NCBI GenBank assembly: GCA_023898525.1 | Contig: CP060227.1 | Location: 85,079 to 149,078 of the forward strand | Source of the DNA: Candidatus Nomurabacteria bacterium | GTDB lineage: Bacteria; Patescibacteriota; Minisyncoccia; Phycocordibacterales; UBA918 | Length of the DNA: 64,000 nt | Reading direction: 5' to 3' | Part shown: one piece after another, positions 1 through 7,529 of the stretch | Layout: each line of letters starts with the position of its first letter | Numbering within the stretch: position 1 is the stretch's first letter | Program-made: the position numbers and the translations under genes | The notes under the pieces: generated by a model | Told to the model about the DNA's origin: nothing | Seen by the model: the letters and a program-made list of their open reading frames with translations, nothing else | The model's database searches: none

Positions 1-413
1 CGGACGTTCATCATCTCCGCATAGGCAGTGAACTTGCCGATCTCACGGCGCGTATCCATGGCGTACGGCTCAGGGCCGGGGTGGGGACGCTTGGTGCTCT
101 CCAGACCCAGCCAGAAGATGACGCAACCAGGGACGTTCGGTTCGAGTCCAGCCTGCTTCAGGTAGTGGCGTTCCCACACGAGCTGACGGTTGTCGGCTTG
201 CGAAAAAGGTTGGTGGAAGTCCTTGGTCAGCGGATGGGACGCATCCCACCGGGATGGACATGCGACAAGCGCCGACGGCTCACGTTGCAGTAGCTGCTTG
301 GCCATGAACGCTTGCCAGTCACCGCCACCACGGATCGGCCCCGCCAAGAAAAACAAGGGGGAATCGACAGTGGGCGTGAGCGGTACGATTTGTTTCGGTA
401 TGTAGATAGGCAT
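1..413 (-). CDS. Partial CDS: the N-terminal 137 codons are in the window and the 3' end runs off the left edge. Likely DNPH1/Rcl-like 2'-deoxynucleoside 5'-phosphate N-hydrolase or nucleoside 2-deoxyribosyltransferase-like protein.
   Basis: I translated the minus strand by hand: MPIYIPKQIVPLTPTVDSPLFFLAGPIRGGGDWQAF...VIFWLGLESTK..., with no stop codon before position 1. The block FFLAGPIRGGGDW resembles the YFCGSIRGG motif of DNPH1/NDT-like enzymes. A strong SD (AGGAGG, 5 nt) precedes the ATG at 413. GC is ~60% against ~40% for the surroundings. Confidence 0.4.
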   Translation of the reverse strand, partial: MPIYIPKQIVPLTPTVDSPLFFLAGPIRGGGDWQAFMAKQLLQREPSALVACPSRWDASHPLTKDFHQPFSQADNRQLVWERHYLKQAGLEPNVPGCVIFWLGLESTKRPHPGPEPYAMDTRREIGKFTAYAEMMNV

Positions 414-513
414 TTCGCCCTCCTGCTGAAAGGTTCAAGTAGACGGAGAACTTATAGGGTTCAACCCAGAAGCTGACCAAACAATATAATGAAAATGTTG
501 GTTTGTAAAGACT

Positions 514-1665
514 TCAATTTTCCTCCACATTTTCAACGATGAACTTTGCTCTGTTATATAGTTCATCAAAAGTGACAATGTCTACTCCATGGATACTTTT
601 CCTGAATCGTTGGAATGTCTCACGTTTGCTTCTACTGTCAAGCAGGGTTTCCAGCTTTCCGATAACGATGATTCCTTTTGGTTGTATAGTGAACACGTTT
701 TGAGCCTCAAACCTATCTCTATTGTCTGGTTGCTCAGACCCTTGTTTGTCCCATGTGTGAATGTTTGCTTCAATTTGAGAAAGCGCATCAGTCAAATCTT
801 TTGCTAAACTCCAGGCACCATTTCTGATTTCTTGTGATCCTTGAAGGAGAGAGGTGTCTGGTGTCTTTATCTCAACCAAAACAGTAAAGCTCATATCTCC
901 ATCAGTAGCTGTCAAATAATCTCCTCTTTCTCCTCCCTTACCGTCCACCTTCACTCCACCATAGTGTGGCTGTGACTGCTCTTGCCTCAATATTTGGTAA
1001 TTTAAGCCATATCCAAAAATCCACTTATTTTCTTCAAAAAAATTTTGCCACCATGCTTCATCTGAAGCATGGTTTATAAGTCCATTTTCAAACTCTTTTA
1101 ACTTTTCACGTCTCTTTAGAAGATTATTTATGTCACTCTGCGTTAAAACTATTCCTTCCGCTGAAGAAAGTTGTTTGATAATATTTCTCACACTCGATGC
1201 GTCTCGTCCCTTCAAAGCATTCACAATCTCGCTCTCACTTTGAGACATTAATGAAAAACTCTCCTCTGGAATTTCAATGTTACGGATTGATCGTAAAAAA
1301 GAAATTAGCTTCCAAAACTCCTCATGACAATCGTTGAGATTTACACTGCCTCTGATTTTATGAACTTCAACCTCTGTCGTTTCTTTTTCTAGAATCTTGT
1401 TCAGAGCCTTGTCTCTAACGGACAAGGCAAGTCTTGGAGTAAACTTTTCACCCTTATTGATAAGCGTAACTTGGCAAATGATATTACGCTTGTCCTTCTC
1501 TTTGAGAACAAACTGCTTTATGAGCCTACGGTCTTTAGAGTGATAAAAGTAGTAGAAATTGTTGATGGGAGTCGAATTGATCTGTAAGTCACTAAAACTA
1601 TCTTTGCCAATAACAAAGTTTTCATTCTTTCCAATAGCATCTTTTAACAATTCCGACCATTTCAT
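514..1665 (-). CDS. Candidate Shedu-like (DUF4263) PD-(D/E)xK nuclease, 383 aa.
   Basis: A long ORF ends at a TGA stop. The C-terminal block EAWWQNFFEENKWIFGYG...GDYLTATDGDMSFTVLVEIKTPDTSLLQGSQ fits a PD-(D/E)xK core (D..D..ExK followed by Q). Architecture is a variable ~230-aa N-terminal domain plus a C-terminal nuclease, as in Shedu SduA. It sits 2 nt downstream of the HTH gene on the same strand. Confidence 0.5.
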   Translation of the reverse strand: MKWSELLKDAIGKNENFVIGKDSFSDLQINSTPINNFYYFYHSKDRRLIKQFVLKEKDKRNIICQVTLINKGEKFTPRLALSVRDKALNKILEKETTEVEVHKIRGSVNLNDCHEEFWKLISFLRSIRNIEIPEESFSLMSQSESEIVNALKGRDASSVRNIIKQLSSAEGIVLTQSDINNLLKRREKLKEFENGLINHASDEAWWQNFFEENKWIFGYGLNYQILRQEQSQPHYGGVKVDGKGGERGDYLTATDGDMSFTVLVEIKTPDTSLLQGSQEIRNGAWSLAKDLTDALSQIEANIHTWDKQGSEQPDNRDRFEAQNVFTIQPKGIIVIGKLETLLDSRSKRETFQRFRKSIHGVDIVTFDELYNRAKFIVENVEEN

Positions 1666-1667
1666 AG

Positions 1668-1904
1668 TTATTTCTGCAAAAGATCATCAACCTTAACTTC
1701 GAGCGCGGTGGCAATTTTGGAGAGGGAGTTGATTGTAGGATTTTGGTTCGTGCCGTCCTCAATCTTAACAACGGTACTTAGTGACAAATCAGCCAGTCGG
1801 GCGACTTTTTCGAGAGAGTAACCCTTTTCGGCACGAATCTTCTTAACATTGCTAGCAATACTCATGTTTTGTTTGTGTAATTTGGTACATATAATATAAT
1901 ACAA
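1668..1904 (-). CDS. XRE-family helix-turn-helix transcriptional regulator.
   Basis: The sequence SIASNVKKIRAEKGYSLEKVARLADLSLSTVVKIEDG is a typical XRE HTH. A TTG start at 1904 is preceded by AAGGAG at 8 nt; an alternative ATG start lies at 1865. The stop overlaps the start region of the nuclease gene. Confidence 0.7.
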   Translation of the reverse strand: MYYIICTKLHKQNMSIASNVKKIRAEKGYSLEKVARLADLSLSTVVKIEDGTNQNPTINSLSKIATALEVKVDDLLQK

Positions 1905-2215
1905 AGTATGTACTCCTTGTATCTAAATAATACGGGATTTGAGATGTTTTGCAATTTTGTGGACTCATTGCGGCGATCCCAAAACAAAGAAATATCCTTT
2001 CCATTTTCTGTCGGCTCCTCCCCAGACCCCTCCACCGAAAATTTGATTGTAAGGATATTTCTTTGGTTTTGGGGGCCGAGCTGGCGAGGCCGCGAGGCGC
2101 GCACAGCATCACCACGTGCCCCAATGCGTACGTTGAGGTACAAAGCCACCACGCGCTCCGCGCGTTGTAGTTATGGTCTTTCCTCGAAATGGGTTCGAGC
2201 AAAGGCTAGTATGTC

Positions 2216-2347
2216 ATCACAAAACGAGACTTCGTCTCGACACAGCGAGCGCGGCGAAGCCGCGCGAGAAAAAGAAGAAGCCAAAACACCCTTTCGTGTG
2301 GCGGCGAATTGGGACGGGACGGGCGCGGCGAAGCGCGCGGATTTGTC
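2216..2347. repeat. Left copy of a 132-bp inverted repeat (GC ~62%).
   Basis: It is the reverse complement of 3765..3896 with one mismatch (GGCGGCGAATT versus GGCGACGAATT). It begins ATCACAAAACGAGACTTCGTCTC, that is, with the last 4 nt of the tRNA-Glu sequence. Confidence 0.9.
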
Positions 2348-2375
2348 CTTGTTTCGTATCTAAAATCACTATCGT

Positions 2376-3953
2376 ATGTCCAAACCAAAATATTTTCTTT
2401 ATGCTCGCAAAAGCACCGAAGACGATGACAAACAAGTCATGTCTATCGAGGCTCAGTTATTTGAGTTGAGAGAATTCGCACATAAAGAAAATCTTGAAAT
2501 CCTAGCGGAGTTTCAAGAGTCGAAAAGCGCAAAGACTCCCGGTCGTGAACAGTTTGCACAAATGATGACGCGCATTGAAGCAGGAGAAGCAAATGGCGTT
2601 TTGGCGTGGCATCCTGACCGTTTGGCGCGAAATAGTATTGATGGCGGGCGCGTCATCTACGCAGTAGACACACAAAAGGTCACGTCTTTGCGCTTTCCGA
2701 CATTTTGGTTTGAACCCACTCCACAGGGGTTGTTTATGTTGCAAGTGGCGTTCGGACAGTCGAAATACCATTCGGACAATCTGACGCAGAATGTGAAGCG
2801 AGGGATGCGCCAAAAAGTGCGGCGAGGCGAGTGGCTCACCAAAGCTCCATTTGGCTATGTGAATAATCCGCGTACGAGAAATATTGAACCGCATCCCGTG
2901 CATAGCAAGATCATCGTGCGGGCTTTTGAGGAGTACGCCAAAGGTGAGCATGGATTGGTTTCTCTCGCCGACTTTTTGTCGCTGCATGGAGTAACGACTG
3001 GCAAGGGAACGCCACTTGGCAAAGCTTCCATCAAACGCATACTGATTAATCGAGCATATCTCGGTTTTGTGAAGCATCATGATGAATGGTTTGAAGGAAG
3101 CTTTGCACCAATCATTTCCCCGAAATTGTTTGAAGCTGTCCAAAAGGTATTGGTACAGCGAGAACGTCCTCGTAAACGGAAAGCGAAGCATGATTTTCCG
3201 TTTGTGGGTATTTTTGAGTGCGGAGAGTGTGGGAGCATGTTCACTGCCCAGTGGGCTACCGGCAAGTGCGGAGGAAAGTATCGATATTATCGTTGCACCA
3301 AGAAGAAAGGCATATGCTCCCAAGGGTACGTCCGTGAGGACATTCTCGCTGACCAACTAAGGGAACAGCTTCAAACCATTTCGCTTTGCGATGCATACAC
3401 TGACTACATGCTCGGCAAAATCGAAGAATGGGAGCGCGAAGAAACTTCCGCATCGCAAAGTGGTGCGCAAAATCTTTCAGAAAATATAAAAGCCAGTGAG
3501 GCACGCATGGATAAACTGGTGGAGAGTTATTTGGATGGCGATATACCGAAAAGCATCTATTTGAAAAAGAAAGACGAGATCATGCGTGCCACCTTGTCTT
3601 TGAAGGAGAAAAAGAAAGATTTTGCACACCAAGGAAATAATTGGGTCGAACCCCTGCGTGAGTGGATTTTAGATACGAAACAAGCCACCTTTTTATCCTC
3701 CAGCGATGATTTCTCCGAAATCGCCGCTTTCGTCAAAAAAGTCGGAACGAACCCCTTGGTTCGTGACAAATCCGCGCGCTTCGCCGCGCCCGTCCCGTCC
3801 CAATTCGTCGCCACACGAAAGGGTGTTTTGGCTTCTTCTTTTTCTCGCGCGGCTTCGCCGCGCTCGCTGTGTCGAGACGAAGTCTCGTTTTGTGATCCCA
3901 CGGGGAATCGAACCCCGATTTGCAGGATGAAAACCTGCTGTCCTAACCATTAG
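2376..3953 (+). CDS. Large serine recombinase (resolvase/invertase N-terminal domain, recombinase domain and zinc ribbon).
   Basis: N-terminus YARKSTEDDDKQVMSIEAQ; DRLARN motif; zinc-ribbon CGECGSMF...RYYRC; C-terminal coiled-coil region. The last ~60 codons are encoded by the right inverted repeat and the tRNA-Glu gene, so the true C-terminus is uncertain. Confidence 0.75.
   Translation: MSKPKYFLYARKSTEDDDKQVMSIEAQLFELREFAHKENLEILAEFQESKSAKTPGREQFAQMMTRIEAGEANGVLAWHPDRLARNSIDGGRVIYAVDTQKVTSLRFPTFWFEPTPQGLFMLQVAFGQSKYHSDNLTQNVKRGMRQKVRRGEWLTKAPFGYVNNPRTRNIEPHPVHSKIIVRAFEEYAKGEHGLVSLADFLSLHGVTTGKGTPLGKASIKRILINRAYLGFVKHHDEWFEGSFAPIISPKLFEAVQKVLVQRERPRKRKAKHDFPFVGIFECGECGSMFTAQWATGKCGGKYRYYRCTKKKGICSQGYVREDILADQLREQLQTISLCDAYTDYMLGKIEEWEREETSASQSGAQNLSENIKASEARMDKLVESYLDGDIPKSIYLKKKDEIMRATLSLKEKKKDFAHQGNNWVEPLREWILDTKQATFLSSSDDFSEIAAFVKKVGTNPLVRDKSARFAAPVPSQFVATRKGVLASSFSRAASPRSLCRDEVSFCDPTGNRTPICRMKTCCPNH
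3765..3896. repeat. Right copy of the 132-bp inverted repeat. It overlaps the 3' end of the recombinase ORF and the last 4 nt of tRNA-Glu.
   Basis: Direct comparison with 2216..2347 (reverse complement, 131/132 identical). Confidence 0.9.
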
Positions 3954-3964
3954 ACGATGGGACC
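3893..3964 (-). tRNA. tRNA-Glu (anticodon UUC).
   Basis: Minus strand GGTCCCATCGTCTAATGGTTAGGACAGCAGGTTTTCATCCTGCAAATCGGGGTTCGATTCCCCGTGGGATCA folds as a cloverleaf: acceptor GGTCCCA/TGGGATC, T-loop TTCGATT, anticodon loop TTTTCAT. CCA is not encoded. Confidence 0.85.
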
Positions 3965-4107
3965 TAATATTTAATTGTTATTTCTTTTACCTCTTTTACT
4001 TAAATTAGATTGGTTTTCATTGATGAAAACTTTTCCTATCACCTCATAAATATCGGTGATTTCTTCCTGACGTCATAACCGGATAAAAAGCTAAACGCTT
4101 TTCATTA

Positions 4108-4131
4108 TCCTAACCATTAGACGATAGGGCC
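4108..4131 (-). repeat. Truncated copy of the tRNA-Glu 5' end (GGCCCTATCGTCTAATGGTTAGGA) inside a ~167-bp tandem unit.
   Basis: It matches positions 1-24 of the tRNA and then diverges, with no T-arm. The unit also carries the palindrome GGTTTTCATTGATGAAAACC (4012..4030). Confidence 0.7.
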
Positions 4132-4236
4132 ATATATTTAATTTTACCTCTTTAACTTCTGTCGCTCCAGTTGAATCGGTTTTCATTGATGAAAACTTTT
4201 CCTTCGAATTAAACAGTATCCCATACTGTTTAATTA

Positions 4237-4260
4237 TCCTAACCATTAGACGATAGGGCC
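4237..4260 (-). repeat. Second truncated tRNA-Glu 5' fragment, in a ~129-bp tandem unit.
   Basis: Same 24-nt fragment; the same palindrome GGTTTTCATTGATGAAAAC lies at 4178..4196. Confidence 0.7.
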
Positions 4261-4433
4261 AAAATTGCGTGGGGCGCAATTTTGGTTGAGTGCAATACCT
4301 AACCCGTTATGCCCCCCTTGGAATTCTACTAACAAAAGCAGGGAATCCACCTTGTGTATCTACTAACAAAACTGCTGTAGAAAACAAGTGGCATATTTAT
4401 AGCAGAAAATAGGGAAGATGTGAAGTCCTTGTA

Positions 4434-5498
4434 CGATCTCACCACCTTTGAGACTCTATCTCATAATGTTCTCTATAATACTCCATGGGCGACAAAAGAC
4501 CCAGTCCTTCATGCGGTCTCTCATGGTTATACCAATACAACCATTCATTCAGTGAATCATTGAAGTCAGGAATACTATCTCGAAGCAGGGATCGGTGATA
4601 AATAATGTGTTCTTCTTGAACGGTACGATTGAATCGCTCTATATAGGCATTCATCTTAGGACAACGTGGATAAGTGTGATAATGGTTGATGTTAAGAGTT
4701 AAACAAGCTTCGTGGAAGTATTTAGCGAATTCTGAACCATTATCAGTCTGTATCTCATCTATACTAAAAGGGGTATAGTGTATAAGTTGTTTTAGAAAGT
4801 CTCGAGCACTATTTGAAGAATGACTGGTATAAGTACGAGCGTAAGCAAACCGTCTTTCTATGTCTATGGCGGTGAGTATGTACCGTTTAGTGCCATCTAT
4901 GTGTCTCACGATAGTGTCTATCTCCAAACCTTGTTTTTGTGGTCTTCTTTGTTTTTTAACCTTGGTTTTTCTTTGTTCTTTGTGTGTACCACTCTTAGCG
5001 TACCAAGAGAGCTTAACTGGATTCGGTAGTCTACCTAGTTCTTTAAGATCACTGATACAGCGATTAACATAGGAAACTGACACCTTGAATCCTTCCTTCT
5101 TCAATAGCGGTACCAGCTTTTTCCCACCAATCCGTGGTCGCTTAGTACGCCAGTTGATAATAGCTTGCTCTAGTGGTGGTGATATCTGTCTCACTCTTCG
5201 TTTCTTAGGAGCAGTACTCTTGGGGTCTAGGGCTTGGATATTACCATTACTATCATTTAGTTCTTTTTGCCATCTAAATAAAGTTGGTCTAGATACGCCA
5301 AAAGCATCTTTGGTGGTATTAGTACCATGTTTTTGCCAAAACGTGAGTATTTTAACTCTTCTTTCGACCTCCTGTTTGTTTTTCATTGTCTGCCACTTTA
5401 GAGCACTATCAGCCGCTTTGGCAAACCCTCTGGTGTTCCTTAAAATGTTATGTATTCTCATTACTCCTTATTTAAGGAGTCTCATATGTATGTGAGAT
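4434..5498 (-). mobile_element. IS481-family insertion sequence (~1.07 kb) with imperfect ~22-bp terminal inverted repeats.
   Basis: Ends GATCTCACCACCTTTGAGACTC (4434..4455) and GAGTCTCATATGTATGTGAGAT (5477..5498) are inverted copies sharing ATCTCAC and TGAGACTC. They enclose a single DDE transposase ORF. Confidence 0.6.
4439..5461 (-). CDS. IS481-family DDE transposase (rve integrase core), 340 aa.
   Basis: N-terminal HTH region, then motifs DNGSEF, HYHTYPRCPKMNAYIERFNRTV and YNHERPHEGLG typical of the IS481/rve family. Confidence 0.8.
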   Translation of the reverse strand: MRIHNILRNTRGFAKAADSALKWQTMKNKQEVERRVKILTFWQKHGTNTTKDAFGVSRPTLFRWQKELNDSNGNIQALDPKSTAPKKRRVRQISPPLEQAIINWRTKRPRIGGKKLVPLLKKEGFKVSVSYVNRCISDLKELGRLPNPVKLSWYAKSGTHKEQRKTKVKKQRRPQKQGLEIDTIVRHIDGTKRYILTAIDIERRFAYARTYTSHSSNSARDFLKQLIHYTPFSIDEIQTDNGSEFAKYFHEACLTLNINHYHTYPRCPKMNAYIERFNRTVQEEHIIYHRSLLRDSIPDFNDSLNEWLYWYNHERPHEGLGLLSPMEYYREHYEIESQRW

Positions 5499-5518
5499 TA
5501 TTCAGTCCTGCAGGTTGA

Positions 5519-7522
5519 TTAGTTGGTATTCCTAATATTGTGCCTGATATCAAAGCGTGGGTTTACTTTCTTACCCGGATTGAAGATATCATCAGGGTCG
5601 AATATTTGCTCTAGTTCTGCAAATATATCCAGCATTTTTTTGGTAAACATCTTGCTTAAGTGAGGAGTGCGGATAATGCCGTCGTTGTGTTCACCACAAA
5701 GACTACCGCCATACTTTAAAGCGGTTTCGTAAAAACGATCTGACATTTTCTCGATTAATTTACCAGTAGTCCTCTGGGTAAAGTCCAAGAGCGGATAAAA
5801 ATGGAAGTGACCATTACCACCGTGCCCATGTATGGCAGCGGTAATATTAAACTCCTTAAACAATCTTTGGATTTCCACCAGGAATTTAGATAGATTCTGC
5901 GGTGGCACTGTCATATCCTCGAGAAAGGCAGCGGGACGCTTGCGACTATCCTGGAGCTTCGATAGGGTATAACTAGAACGTCTGACGAGCCAAAGCATTT
6001 GCTCTTCAATCGGATTTAGTATTATACGTGCTTTGGCTTTGTCGGTTCTTATCTCATTGACTATTTCGTGAGCCGGCATCTTTGTGGTCGTCTCATCATC
6101 TAGGGTGATTAGGATGGTGAGGGCCGGTGTCCGTCTGCCATACCGCACATGGTAAGTGGTATAAAGAGAAAGCATACCGCGGTAGTAATCCATACGATCT
6201 AGACGCTTTTTAAAGAAGTCTGGGTTATTGAGAGCCAGGTCAAAAGTCAGAGCATCAAACACCTCAAGATTAAGCGGGTTATGTTTCAACGCTTTATTGA
6301 CCACCTTACCAGCCTCCGCCAGATCAAACACCGGCACCGCGATCAGGGTTGTGTGACGCGGGACAGGGATGGCTCGCATGGTGATGTTGGTAATAATACC
6401 GATCGTACCCTGACTACCTGCGATAAGCCGCGACAAGTCAAAAGTACCTTGACCTTTTTTGAAGTCAGCTACCGATGTAGACAAAACGTGCCACAAGGCA
6501 TAACCGGCGGTGTTTTTAGGAGTGTCTGGGCGATTGTGTTGGATTTCTTTTTCATTTTTGGCAATCAAGGAAAATACTGCTTCAGCAATTTTGGCGTATT
6601 CATGCTTATGCTTGATTAGTTTTTGGTATTCTTTGTAGGTAAGTGGCTTTATGGCGTACGAAACACCGTCAGCCAAAACCACCTCCAGCTCTTCTACCCA
6701 GTCCGCACAATGTCCATAACGGAGTGAGTCAGGACCAGCCGCGTTATTACTCACCGACCCACCGACCGTACAAATGTCTTTAGAAGCAGTATAGGAGGGG
6801 ATGTAGGCCCCGGCTCGTTTTAGTTTTTTCTCGACATCGCGCCACATCACGCCCGGCTCACAAGTAATGGTGACCGATTCGTCTTTTTTCATCTTAATCT
6901 CACCAATCTGGTGCAGATGAGTAGATACATCGACCACAATAGAGTCAGTCAAAGACCCGCCACTAAGCCCGGTACCAGCCGCTCGCGGAGTAAGAGAGAG
7001 GGAAGAGAAGCGTTTAGTCTCACGAGCGATTACTTTGGTAGCCAGCTCCACATCATGCTTAGTCTTCGGTTGAATCACCACCTGTGGTTTTATAGAAAAA
7101 ATACTTTCATCGGTACTGTATTTTTCAAGGACATGTTTATCACTTGATATACCGCCACGAAAGCCAGCCTCTCTAAACATCTTCTCAATCAATAAGTGAC
7201 CAAGCGGATGACGTTTGACAGTCGGTACCTTAACTTTAGCCGTTACTGGTACTGAAGCTGTCTTAGAAGTAGTGTTCTTCTTGATTTTGGTCTTTACAGT
7301 GGCTTTTGTTTTCGTTTTAGCACCAGCTCCGGCAACTTTCACGGACGCAGACATCTTGGGCTTTACAACTTTCACCTTTACCGAAGAGCTAGCTTTAGTC
7401 GTGCTTTTTGAGGTTTTTTTAGACACACGTGTCTTACGAGTAGCGCTTTTAGCGCCCGCTCTAACGACCGGAATAGTTGTGCTGGTACTTACCGCCATTG
7501 GTATATGATACCTTACGTGCAC
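5519..7522 (-). CDS. FAD-binding oxidoreductase (GlcD/D-lactate dehydrogenase family) with a ~95-aa Lys/Thr/Ala-rich N-terminal tail.
   Basis: FAD_binding_4-like core (PRAAGTGLSGGSL...) plus a C-terminal FAD-oxidase domain. The N-terminal KTKAT/KVK repeats stay in frame with no stops. The start may be at MAVSTS (7498). Confidence 0.65.
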   Translation of the reverse strand: MHVRYHIPMAVSTSTTIPVVRAGAKSATRKTRVSKKTSKSTTKASSSVKVKVVKPKMSASVKVAGAGAKTKTKATVKTKIKKNTTSKTASVPVTAKVKVPTVKRHPLGHLLIEKMFREAGFRGGISSDKHVLEKYSTDESIFSIKPQVVIQPKTKHDVELATKVIARETKRFSSLSLTPRAAGTGLSGGSLTDSIVVDVSTHLHQIGEIKMKKDESVTITCEPGVMWRDVEKKLKRAGAYIPSYTASKDICTVGGSVSNNAAGPDSLRYGHCADWVEELEVVLADGVSYAIKPLTYKEYQKLIKHKHEYAKIAEAVFSLIAKNEKEIQHNRPDTPKNTAGYALWHVLSTSVADFKKGQGTFDLSRLIAGSQGTIGIITNITMRAIPVPRHTTLIAVPVFDLAEAGKVVNKALKHNPLNLEVFDALTFDLALNNPDFFKKRLDRMDYYRGMLSLYTTYHVRYGRRTPALTILITLDDETTTKMPAHEIVNEIRTDKAKARIILNPIEEQMLWLVRRSSYTLSKLQDSRKRPAAFLEDMTVPPQNLSKFLVEIQRLFKEFNITAAIHGHGGNGHFHFYPLLDFTQRTTGKLIEKMSDRFYETALKYGGSLCGEHNDGIIRTPHLSKMFTKKMLDIFAELEQIFDPDDIFNPGKKVNPRFDIRHNIRNTN

Positions 7523-7529
7523 TTAAAAT

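Noticed and set aside
1908-2469. Several overlapping ORFs on both strands (1908..2363 +, 2173..2469 +, 2206..2388 -, 2217..2435 -) in the GC-rich block and left inverted repeat.
   Set aside because: High-GC sequence in an AT-rich genome produces long open frames by chance. They run through a non-coding inverted repeat and have no RBS or motifs.
2502-3356. 284-aa ORF antisense to the serine recombinase.
   Set aside because: Fully embedded antisense to a gene with clear catalytic motifs; no independent signals.
3557-3950. ORFs 3557..3901 (-), 3693..3950 (-) and 3706..3930 (+) inside the recombinase 3' end, the right inverted repeat and the tRNA.
   Set aside because: Mirror images of the left-repeat ORFs; they overlap a tRNA gene and a well-supported CDS.
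4091-4279. 62-aa minus-strand ORF containing WPYRLMVRI twice.
   Set aside because: The frame reads through the tandem tRNA-fragment repeats; the internal duplication is a repeat artefact, not a protein.
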